Position numbers and translations under genes: made by a program
IMG/VR virus record: IMGVR_UViG_3300046459_000548
Coordinates: 28,200-92,199 of that record
Strand: one strand, 5' to 3'
DNA length: 64,000 nucleotides
DNA from: a virus
The notes under the pieces: model-generated
Seen by the model: only the letters and a program-made list of their open reading frames with translations
Databases searched by the model: none
What the model was told of the DNA's origin: nothing
Part shown: positions 1-7,431 of the stretch, in pieces
Layout of the letters: the number at the start of each line of letters is the position of its first letter
How positions within the stretch are numbered: the first letter of the stretch is position 1

Positions 1-634
1 TCTCGAGGTGTACGTACTCCTCGGTGGTGGCCGGTCGCGCGCCAAGCACGTCATCCTGTGAGCGGGTCGGGTATCCCATCTCCTCCAGTAGGAGCGGCGA
101 TCCGCCCGGGATGAGCCTCCGGTCCTCGAGCCGCGTCCCGCGCGCCAGCTCGATCGGGTAGTACGAATGCACCAGTTCGGCTGGCTTGCCATCGAGGTAG
201 CCGATGCGGGACCGGCGCATCGCCGTCCCGTCCTCGTCTAGGCCGAGAGCGAGGCGGACTTGTTTCGGCGGTTTCACCTCGCCGACCTCGAGCATCTTGT
301 ACTTGCCGTGCTGCTGGTTCTTCGTGGCCTCGGTCAGCCACCGGTACGGCTGCCCCGGCTCGGAGGGGCGCAGGCTGTGTGCGGGGCTGATTGCCTGGGA
401 GCCTTCGTTGCGCACGAAGACGCCGACTCCAGTCTGGCCCTCGAGGAACCTTTCGTCTTTGAGGATCTGGAGGGCGCGCTGAATGGTCACGTTCGACGTT
501 TCGAACTGTTCCCTCAGCTTCTCGTTTGTGGGGACCCGGGCTCCAGGTTCCCAGTCGCCCGACATGATCAGCTTTCTGATCTCGGCGGCGATGCGCTCAC
601 CGAGGGGGCGCTTGTCCTCGTGCGGCTCGGGCAT
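1..634 (-). CDS. GntR-family (HutC/UTRA) transcriptional repressor, KorSA/TraR-like; 3' end runs off the window
   Basis: Not in the ORF track. Manual translation from CAT at 632-634: MPEPHEDKRPLGERIAAEIRKLIMSGDWEPGARVPTNEKLREQFETSNVTIQRALQILKDERFLEGQTGVGVFV (GntR wHTH), then ...ELVHSYYPIELARGTRLEDRRLIPGGSPLLLEEMGY (UTRA). Confidence 0.9.
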   Translation of the reverse strand, partial: MPEPHEDKRPLGERIAAEIRKLIMSGDWEPGARVPTNEKLREQFETSNVTIQRALQILKDERFLEGQTGVGVFVRNEGSQAISPAHSLRPSEPGQPYRWLTEATKNQQHGKYKMLEVGEVKPPKQVRLALGLDEDGTAMRRSRIGYLDGKPAELVHSYYPIELARGTRLEDRRLIPGGSPLLLEEMGYPTRSQDDVLGARPATTEEYVHLE

Positions 635-635
635 G

Positions 636-1166
636 TCAGTCGACCTCGATCTCGTAGTGGAGGCGGCGAGGCGCCTTCATGACCATGAACTGCACTTCGA
701 TGGGGCTCCCGTCTTCGGCGGTGGTCGTGCGTAGCAGCGTCAGGACACTCGAGCCCTCAGGGAGGGAGAGCGCGGTGCGCTCGAAGTCGTCCGCCTCCCG
801 GAACTCCAGATCCTCGGAGACGTGCCGGGCGTGGTAGCCGAGTTCGGCCAGCAGTGTGGGTGCGCCGCCTTTGATCTTCTTCTTCTCGAGGAGCGCTGTA
901 CCGCGCGCGATCTCGAGCGGGTAATACGAGTCGGCGAGTTCGATCGCTTCATCGTCGAGCAGGATGACCCGGCGGCGAACAGCGACCTTCTCGCCGGCTC
1001 CGAGAGAGAGGGTGGCGGCCACCTCTCGCGGCGGCACGACCTCGGCGACCTCGGTGAGTTGCTGACCGCCTCGTTGCCGCATCTCCTCACTCCAGGCGTC
1101 CGCTTGCCCCTGTTCGCGAGGCGTGACGTAGGCGAGTGAGTCATTCCGTCGCTGATTCTCGGCCAT
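636..1166 (-). CDS. Stand-alone UTRA domain protein (no HTH)
   Basis: ELADSYYPLEIARGTALLEKKKIKGGAPTLLAELGY aligns with the UTRA of the downstream GntR. RBS GGAGG upstream; ends 1 nt before the GntR start. Confidence 0.88.
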   Translation of the reverse strand: MAENQRRNDSLAYVTPREQGQADAWSEEMRQRGGQQLTEVAEVVPPREVAATLSLGAGEKVAVRRRVILLDDEAIELADSYYPLEIARGTALLEKKKIKGGAPTLLAELGYHARHVSEDLEFREADDFERTALSLPEGSSVLTLLRTTTAEDGSPIEVQFMVMKAPRRLHYEIEVD

Positions 1167-1211
1167 CTCTTGAGCCTCCCCTCCACTGATGATGCTCGTT
1201 CTGACCTCCCA

Positions 1212-1303
1212 ACCTTAAGCCCTTGATGATTACAGATGCCTGCACCCGCTTGGCCGAATCTGCGTCGCGAGGCTTGCTACGTTATGCATCAAGGCTTTAA
1301 GGT
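1212..1303. promoter_or_regulatory. Divergent promoters with an inverted 17-bp operator pair
   Basis: ACCTTAAGCCCTTGATG (1212-1228) and CATCAAGGCTTTAAGGT (1287-1303) are inverted copies (15/17), each containing TAAGGT. Rightward promoter TTGCTA(1274)-18 nt-TAAGGT(1298). Confidence 0.7.
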
Positions 1304-1338
1304 CGTTGACAGATGCGAAACCCGCGATCGGAGGCGCA

Positions 1339-1539
1339 ATGCTGCGAGTTCGGGACGTCGCGACGCACTTCCGAGTGCACCCCGCGACCGTCTATCGATG
1401 GATCCACCAGGGCTTTGTTCCTGCCTACAGGAACGGCCAGCCCTACCAGCCCGGAGACGGTGCCACCGGCACGCTCCGCATTCCCGAGTCCGTCCTGAAT
1501 TCGACGGACACCCCTCAGCCGTCCACGGAGGTGGCCTGA
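1339..1539 (+). CDS. Excisionase/Cro-like HTH (HTH_17/MerR-type) protein
   Basis: MLRVRDVATHFRVHPATVYRWIHQG; RBS GGAGG at 1330. Confidence 0.85.
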   Translation: MLRVRDVATHFRVHPATVYRWIHQGFVPAYRNGQPYQPGDGATGTLRIPESVLNSTDTPQPSTEVA

Positions 1540-1979
1540 TGTCCAGCATCACCACAACCCCCACCCAGGCCACCTCGATGTCGCCGGCCGACCGCATGGC
1601 CCACGACGACTCCTCCCACGTGACGTGGCGGGCCCGCGAGAAGTATCTGCGCGGCCTGAACGTCAACGGTCGTATCCGCACCGCAGGCGACCAGCTGCTC
1701 GCCGACATGGCCGGCCGGTGGGCGCTCATCGAGGTCACCGTCGAATACGTGTCCCCGGTCTCCCCGGACGGCAGCATCGTCCTCGTGGTCGCCGGACGCG
1801 ACCGGCAGGGTGAGGCCCTCGTTCAGATGGACGCCCAGGACCGGGCCGAAGCGCTCGACTGGATGGACCGGGACTACGCCTCCCTCCTCGGCAAGGCGAC
1901 CGTCCTGTACGGGCAGCCCGCACTCGACCTGCGGCGCGTCACCCTCGCCCAGCCGCAGAGCGTGAAGGCGGCGGCGTGA
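1539..1979 (+). CDS. Hypothetical protein
   Basis: TGATG coupling to the previous gene, GGAGG RBS, high GC3 frame. Confidence 0.75.
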   Translation: MSSITTTPTQATSMSPADRMAHDDSSHVTWRAREKYLRGLNVNGRIRTAGDQLLADMAGRWALIEVTVEYVSPVSPDGSIVLVVAGRDRQGEALVQMDAQDRAEALDWMDRDYASLLGKATVLYGQPALDLRRVTLAQPQSVKAAA

Positions 1980-2149
1980 TGGCCACGGCGACCCGTCCGG
2001 CGATGCCCGCCGAGTTCTCCGACTCGCTGGATCTCGCGATCTACCGCGAGACCAAGAACCAGGTGCCGGCCGACGAGCGCTCCACCTGCCCGCTGCACCT
2101 GAACTGGCGGGACCGTTGCTCCCAGCTGCACGTGGCGGGTGGTCGCTGA
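1979..2149 (+). CDS. Small hypothetical protein (CPLH...C...H motif)
   Basis: Manual translation MATATRPAMPAEFSDSLDLAIYRETKNQVPADERSTCPLHLNWRDRCSQLHVAGGR; TGATG-coupled at both ends. Confidence 0.65.
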   Translation: MATATRPAMPAEFSDSLDLAIYRETKNQVPADERSTCPLHLNWRDRCSQLHVAGGR

Positions 2150-2379
2150 TGGACCCCGCTCTGATCCGGGCCGTCGCCGCGCAGCTGACCCGCCTGTCAC
2201 TGCGTGAGCCGGGCGAGGCGACCTGCCGCATCATGCTGGGCGGTCTGCCGCTGGCCAGTGCTTTCGACTGCTGGCACAGCGTGGACTTGTCGGCTGCGGG
2301 ACTCCACCGGGCAGCCGTGCTCCTCGAAGTTCCGGGCGTGACACCCCGACTGGCGCCGGTCCTGCAGCTCCGGCGCTAG
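2149..2379 (+). CDS. Hypothetical protein
   Basis: TGATG-coupled start MDPALIRAV. Confidence 0.55.
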   Translation: MDPALIRAVAAQLTRLSLREPGEATCRIMLGGLPLASAFDCWHSVDLSAAGLHRAAVLLEVPGVTPRLAPVLQLRR

Positions 2380-2488
2380 ACCCCCAAGACCGCCGCGGCA
2401 GCGGTCCGACAATCCCCCCGTCCCGCTGCCGCGGCTTTCCACCCCGCACCACCCCTCATCCCGGCATGACCAACCGAGGAGATCAGCC

Positions 2489-2881
2489 ATGCCTTCTACC
2501 GACCAGGCCGTCCGCTCCAGCATCGAGGACGTCGACGATGCCGTGGGCAAACTGCGGATCGACTACCGTCGCGCAGGCTTCCAGGGCATCCACACCGGAG
2601 CCGTCCCGTTCGGCCGATTCGGCAACCTCGTCGGCTCCGAGGTCACGGCAGAGCAGCGCATCGACGTCGGCAACACCGGCGAGTACGTGTCCGTCCGCCA
2701 CACCTTCGTCGTCACCTGCACTGGCTTCGGCTGCACCGACCCCGTCGCCGAAGTCGCGACACGCAACCTGATCTTCGACTGTGACCACGGCGACATCACC
2801 GAAGAGGGTCGGCTCGCCGCCCGCAAGCAGGCCCAAGCCCACGCCGAGACGTGCCGCGCCCTGCCCCGCACCACCGCCTGA
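2489..2881 (+). CDS. Hypothetical protein with C-terminal Cys/His (CTGFGC...HAETC) motif
   Basis: RBS GAGGAG; high GC3 frame. Confidence 0.75.
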   Translation: MPSTDQAVRSSIEDVDDAVGKLRIDYRRAGFQGIHTGAVPFGRFGNLVGSEVTAEQRIDVGNTGEYVSVRHTFVVTCTGFGCTDPVAEVATRNLIFDCDHGDITEEGRLAARKQAQAHAETCRALPRTTA

Positions 2882-2929
2882 CCCCACCCCCCATCCCATT
2901 CCTGATTGACCACCTTGAAGGGCACCCCC

Positions 2930-3130
2930 ATGTCTCTGACTCTGATCACCTCCGCCCCGTCGTCGGATGCCGAGTACCGCACCGGCCTGATCTCCCGCTA
3001 CCTGACCGCCCGCAGCTCGCGGACACGGAAGGCGCTGCGGGCCGAGGCCGCGGCCTACGACCGGGCCAACAAGGACGCCCCGTCTCTGACGGATGAGCTG
3101 TTCGGCGCGAGCCTCGGCGACGTCGCCTGA
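2930..3130 (+). CDS. Small hypothetical protein
   Basis: GAAGGG RBS; high GC3 frame. Confidence 0.65.
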   Translation: MSLTLITSAPSSDAEYRTGLISRYLTARSSRTRKALRAEAAAYDRANKDAPSLTDELFGASLGDVA

Positions 3131-3234
3131 GCCCCTAGACCGCCGTGGCGGCGAGGAACCCAATCCCCCGCGGACTCGCCGCCACGGTCTACGACCCCGC
3201 CCCCACCCCAGCCCCAACCCGAGAGGAACCCGCG

Positions 3235-3447
3235 ATGAGCAGCACCGAGTCCGACTACTTCGAGATCGCCACCGACAAGGCCCTGTTCAAGAAGGACGGA
3301 GCTGCCCCCTTCGGCGCCCCGGCCGGCACCCGCGTCGAGTCGTTCAAGGAGACCGGCGACTGGGTCGACATCCACCTGTCCAGCGGCTACCAGATCAGCC
3401 TGCACGAGTCGCGGATCGCCTACATCCTCACCCGCAACGCCGCCTGA
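3235..3447 (+). CDS. Small hypothetical protein
   Basis: RBS GAGAGG; coupled to the next gene. Confidence 0.7.
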   Translation: MSSTESDYFEIATDKALFKKDGAAPFGAPAGTRVESFKETGDWVDIHLSSGYQISLHESRIAYILTRNAA

Positions 3448-3860
3448 TGGCCGACGTGGTGATCGTGTCGTTCGGCTTCCTGCACGATTCCGCCCCGGAT
3501 GCGGACGTGGTTCTGGATTTGCGGCGTGCGTTCCGTGACCCGCACGTCGACCCGCGCATGCGGGAGTTGACCGGCCGCGACCGGCTCGTCCAGCGGACCG
3601 TGCTCGGAACGCTCGGGGTTCGCCCCCTGCTGCGGGCCACCGTCCGGCAGGTCGCCGCCTACAGCCAGGGCCCGTCCGTCGACCGGATCGTCATCGGCTC
3701 CGGATGTGCGGGCGGCAGGCACCGGTCGGTGGTTGTCGCCGAACGGCTCGCCCGACGGCTCCGGCGCCGTGGCCACCGCGTCACCGTCACCCACCGCGAC
3801 CTGCACCAGCCCGTCGTGCAGCGCCCCAACACCACCACACCTCCCGAGAGGAGCGCCTGA
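3447..3860 (+). CDS. RapZ/YvcJ C-terminal domain protein
   Basis: VSFGFLH...ADVVLDLR...DP...LTGRD and GCAGGRHRSV...HRDL motifs typical of the RapZ CTD; no P-loop domain. Confidence 0.85.
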   Translation: MADVVIVSFGFLHDSAPDADVVLDLRRAFRDPHVDPRMRELTGRDRLVQRTVLGTLGVRPLLRATVRQVAAYSQGPSVDRIVIGSGCAGGRHRSVVVAERLARRLRRRGHRVTVTHRDLHQPVVQRPNTTTPPERSA

Positions 3861-4093
3861 TGAGCGCGTCGACCACGAGCTACTGCTTGATCATGACGGT
3901 CCAGCCTGCGCAGCGGGACCGCGGCGTTACGGCTCTCGCCACGATCAGCAGGGTCATTGACGTCCCCGCAGGCACGACCCGCGATCAGCTCTTCAACGAC
4001 GCCTGCGAGTACGTAGCCGGCCAGTTGCGGGACAAGGGCCTGCCGGGCGGCCACAACGTCCTCTTCTACTCCCTTGAACCCAACGATCTTTAA
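3860..4093 (+). CDS. Small hypothetical protein of the transfer region
   Basis: TGATG-coupled; ends VLFYSLEPNDL. Confidence 0.7.
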   Translation: MSASTTSYCLIMTVQPAQRDRGVTALATISRVIDVPAGTTRDQLFNDACEYVAGQLRDKGLPGGHNVLFYSLEPNDL

Positions 4094-4102
4094 GGAGGAA
4101 TC

Positions 4103-5218
4103 ATGAGCTTCACCGACAAGTTCAAGGCCCCGGGCCGCCGCCTGGACGTGTTCGCCGTCGTCGAGAAGCTACTGACGCTCGCCTCGCTCACCCTGGTCGC
4201 CATCACGGTCGGCGGGCAGCTGGGCGAGATGATCGGCCTGCACGGCAGGGTCGGCATGCTCGTCGGCTGGTCGATCGCCGTCGTGTACGACGCCCTGTGG
4301 ATCGGGGCGCTGCGCATGTCGGAGATCGCGATCCGGCAGCGCTCGAAGGTCGGCATGGCCGTCATGCTCGGCCTGTCCGCCGTCGCGGTCGGCGTCTCGG
4401 CAACGATCCTGCTGATCCTCGGCCACGCCAAGGTATTCGCCTTCGTACCGGTCGCCGCCGCCCTGTTCATGGGGCTGCGCCTGTTCGCCAGCAACGTCCT
4501 TGCCGACCCGGCGACGGCCGCCCGCATCGCCGAGCAGTCCGCGGCGGACCGCAACGCCCGAGCCCTGGCCGCGGCCGGCGCCCGGCATCTGCGGTCCGAG
4601 GCGACGACGGATGTGCTGACGGAGACCGCCGGCCATCTCGCGGAGATGCAGCGGCAGATCGCCCGAGCCGATGTTCTGACGAAGGCGCAGGCTGAAATCA
4701 ACGAGGCCCGCGCCAACGCCGAGAAGCGCCTGCAGGACTCCGAGAAGAAGCACGGTGTGGCGGCGCTGGCCTTCGCCGAACGCGACCTGATTCTGACCGT
4801 CTCCCGGCCCGCGGTCACGGCAGGCGGAGACACCCCGCCCGAGCTGGAGGGTCACACGGTGGTCACACAGGCCACCCCGGAAATCGCGACCGTGACCACA
4901 CCCCCCGTGACCGAGCCCGAAACCGAGGTCCCGGTTGCGGGGGAGACGCTGCCCCGGCAGGCGCCAGTAGCCAACCCGATGGAGCTCTCCGAGCTGGCCG
5001 TGGCGGCGGGCGTACCGCTGCCGAAGCCGGGGGCGAAGCTCACCGACGAGCAGCTGTCCGTGGTGCTGCGCTGGCTGCGGTACGCCATGGAGCCGCCGCG
5101 CTCTTACCGCCAGGCGCAGAAGGACTTCCGTGACGCCGGGTTCACCGCCCGAGAGGAGCGCATCCGCCACGCCTGGGCGGAGATCGAGGAGCGCGAGACC
5201 GGCGCCCTCACTAGCTAG
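4103..5218 (+). CDS. SpdB-like spread protein
   Basis: Four N-terminal TM segments, a coiled coil, a Thr/Pro-rich linker and a small C-terminal domain; RBS AAGGAGG; lies upstream of traB. Confidence 0.7.
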   Translation: MSFTDKFKAPGRRLDVFAVVEKLLTLASLTLVAITVGGQLGEMIGLHGRVGMLVGWSIAVVYDALWIGALRMSEIAIRQRSKVGMAVMLGLSAVAVGVSATILLILGHAKVFAFVPVAAALFMGLRLFASNVLADPATAARIAEQSAADRNARALAAAGARHLRSEATTDVLTETAGHLAEMQRQIARADVLTKAQAEINEARANAEKRLQDSEKKHGVAALAFAERDLILTVSRPAVTAGGDTPPELEGHTVVTQATPEIATVTTPPVTEPETEVPVAGETLPRQAPVANPMELSELAVAAGVPLPKPGAKLTDEQLSVVLRWLRYAMEPPRSYRQAQKDFRDAGFTAREERIRHAWAEIEERETGALTS

Positions 5219-5407
5219 CCGGCATGCCCAGTGAGGCCCAGCCCCCACGGTCTGGTCCTTGCTGAGACTGCCGGAAGCAGTCGACATAGCAAAACCGCAG
5301 GTCAAGCCCGGTGAGTGAACCGGTGAGCGGAACCCTCGCAGACCCGGCAAGCAGACCCGGACAGGGTCGCGCCCGACACCACCACCCATGAGAGGAGATC
5401 AGCAGAC

Positions 5408-5596
5408 GTGAGCGGATCAACGTACTGGCCCACAGAGATCAAGCGGGCGGACAGGCGCTCACCCAAGGCGGGCGCGACCCGCCGGCTGGACCGGCTGCGC
5501 AGCACCTTGCGCGACCTCGACCCAGTCATCGCCAACCGGGCATGGGGCGAGATCGGTGAAGCCCTCCAGCGCATCACCGACCGCTACACGCAGTAA
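5408..5596 (+). CDS. Small hypothetical protein
   Basis: GAGGAG RBS, GTG start. Confidence 0.6.
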   Translation: MSGSTYWPTEIKRADRRSPKAGATRRLDRLRSTLRDLDPVIANRAWGEIGEALQRITDRYTQ

Positions 5597-5712
5597 ACGT
5601 TCACTCGTTCATTCACCCCAGGGACAGATGAACATTCCCTGTGCTACGCGCGCACGTGCGCGCACAAAGCAGACGTTCACCCGCCCCAGTCACGGACCGT
5701 GAAAGGAAAACG

Positions 5713-6960
5713 ATGGAGATCCTGCTCATCGCGGCATGCGCGTGGCTCGTCCACACGGCAGGCGCGCAGAGCGAGCAGTCGAAAATGGGGCTGTCCCCGG
5801 CACAGCGCGACATCCTGCGCGAGACGACCCGGCACGAGAAAGCCGTCCAGAAGATCGCCGACAGGCACGGCGTCGCCCCGCCAGCCGGCAACAAGCCTGG
5901 CGTCTCGCCGTGGAAGGAACCGCCGTCCACGGAGAACGGGCCGGCGCTCACCCTCCCGGAGGCGTTCCGGTCCGGCTACCGGAACCGCACCGCCGTCGAA
6001 CGGGTGGCCACCCCGATAGGGCGTCGGGCCGGCGGATGGACCGCGCAGGGCGTGGCCTGGGTCCAGGACACAGGCAAGGGTGCGCTGCGCGAATACCGCA
6101 AGCGCCGACGTGCCGGCGGCCACGAAGATCCGGCGCCGGTGCTCGTGCCGATGCCGCCCGCCCAACCGCCGATCGTTCCGCCGATGCCGACGGAGCCGCC
6201 GATAGCGGGCACCGACGACGGCGTGACGGTCAAGAAGCCCGAGGTCACAGACGAAACCGACCCATCCAGCATCCCGAAGGCGGCAACGGCTCCCGAAGCC
6301 GCCGCAGATGGGGCCGAGCCGGAACCGAAGGCTCTCGGGCCGGAGGAGTTCGACGAGTGGGTCAAGGGCCCCCTCGAGGTTCCAGTCGACCGTGACACCT
6401 CCGGGGATACGAAGCCCGCCGCTACGGCCCCCGCTGCCGACCCCGCGCCGACGGCGCCGGAGTCCCAGCCGGCCGTAACCGAACCCGCGAACGACAAGGA
6501 GCCGGCTGCCGCCGGTGAAGGAGTAGGACGCATGGCAGCAGAAGTCACCTACGAGTCCGTCATGGACGAGAGCGACGAGCTCTCCCTGATGTGCGACGAC
6601 GACGTCAGGGTCTACGGCCGGATCCGTATCCGGTCGGAGCGTGAGATCGGACGCGGCGACGCGCTGATCGCCGCCCTGGAAAACGCCGGATTCGGCCCGT
6701 CCGTCATCGGCTGGGTCGCCCGCTGCAAGGAGCAGTACCAGGTGATCCACGGCCAGCTCGACGAGCTGGAGACCAACACGATCGCCCAAGGCGAGCAGGT
6801 CGTGAAGGCCAAGGCCTTGTTGGAGGCCGGGCAGGGGGTCTACGCCGACATCGCCAAGGACATGGAGTCGGTCGCCGAGCGGGGCTCCTACGTCTCCGAT
6901 GCCGTCGACGCCGAGGACACCTCCGCCCACACCGAGGTCTACGAGACGAAGGCGGCCTGA
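5713..6960 (+). CDS. TraA-like transfer-associated protein (N-terminal hydrophobic segment, Pro/Ala/Glu linker, helical C-terminal domain)
   Basis: RBS AAAGGA before ATG 5713; second strong RBS (GAAGGAG) before in-frame ATG 6532. Assignment is positional. Confidence 0.65.
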   Translation: MEILLIAACAWLVHTAGAQSEQSKMGLSPAQRDILRETTRHEKAVQKIADRHGVAPPAGNKPGVSPWKEPPSTENGPALTLPEAFRSGYRNRTAVERVATPIGRRAGGWTAQGVAWVQDTGKGALREYRKRRRAGGHEDPAPVLVPMPPAQPPIVPPMPTEPPIAGTDDGVTVKKPEVTDETDPSSIPKAATAPEAAADGAEPEPKALGPEEFDEWVKGPLEVPVDRDTSGDTKPAATAPAADPAPTAPESQPAVTEPANDKEPAAAGEGVGRMAAEVTYESVMDESDELSLMCDDDVRVYGRIRIRSEREIGRGDALIAALENAGFGPSVIGWVARCKEQYQVIHGQLDELETNTIAQGEQVVKAKALLEAGQGVYADIAKDMESVAERGSYVSDAVDAEDTSAHTEVYETKAA

Positions 6961-6962
6961 CC

Positions 6963-7355
6963 ATGAGCGAAACGAGCACCGCACGATCGGTCGTCACTTA
7001 CGCCGCCGTGCTCGCCAGGGCTGCGGCCTACGGCATCCGGGCCAGCACCACCAGGCGGGCCGTGGAGCGGCTCCAGTCGCGCTTCCAGGAGCGCGCCGAC
7101 TCGGCCCGGTATCTGTCCGAGGCGATGACCGTCCTGCATGTCGACGAGCCCACCACCACCGCCTACATGGAGATCGCGACCCTGTCGAACGCGATGGCCG
7201 GGAACGTCGGCCAGATCGTCTCCGCCTCCGACTCGCTGGCCACCTCAGCCCAAGGCCTGGACTCGGAGACGAAGGCCCAGCACGGGCGGATGGCCGACGC
7301 CAACCGCACCCACAGCGTGCAGATGGCCGACCGCGAGTTCATCAAGCGCCAGTAG
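6963..7355 (+). CDS. Helical transfer-associated protein
   Basis: All-helical 130 aa ending HGRMADANRTHSVQMADREFIKRQ; directly before traB. Confidence 0.7.
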   Translation: MSETSTARSVVTYAAVLARAAAYGIRASTTRRAVERLQSRFQERADSARYLSEAMTVLHVDEPTTTAYMEIATLSNAMAGNVGQIVSASDSLATSAQGLDSETKAQHGRMADANRTHSVQMADREFIKRQ

Positions 7356-7374
7356 AGGCCAGACACGCCCCACG

Positions 7375-7404
7375 AAGGGCGGGGCCAGCCCTGACCCCGC
7401 CCTT
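7375..7404 (+). terminator. GC hairpin immediately upstream of traB (possible attenuator)
   Basis: AAGGGCGGGGCCAG-CC-CTGACCCCGCCCTT. Confidence 0.55.
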
Positions 7405-7431
7405 CACCACCGCAGACTCGGAGAGAACCGG

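Noticed and set aside
1236-1538. Extended N-termini given by the ORF track (for example 1236, 3093, 7138, 20865, 33253, 47459, 47782, 58127)
   Set aside because: RBS positions and gene coupling support the downstream starts reported in the features.
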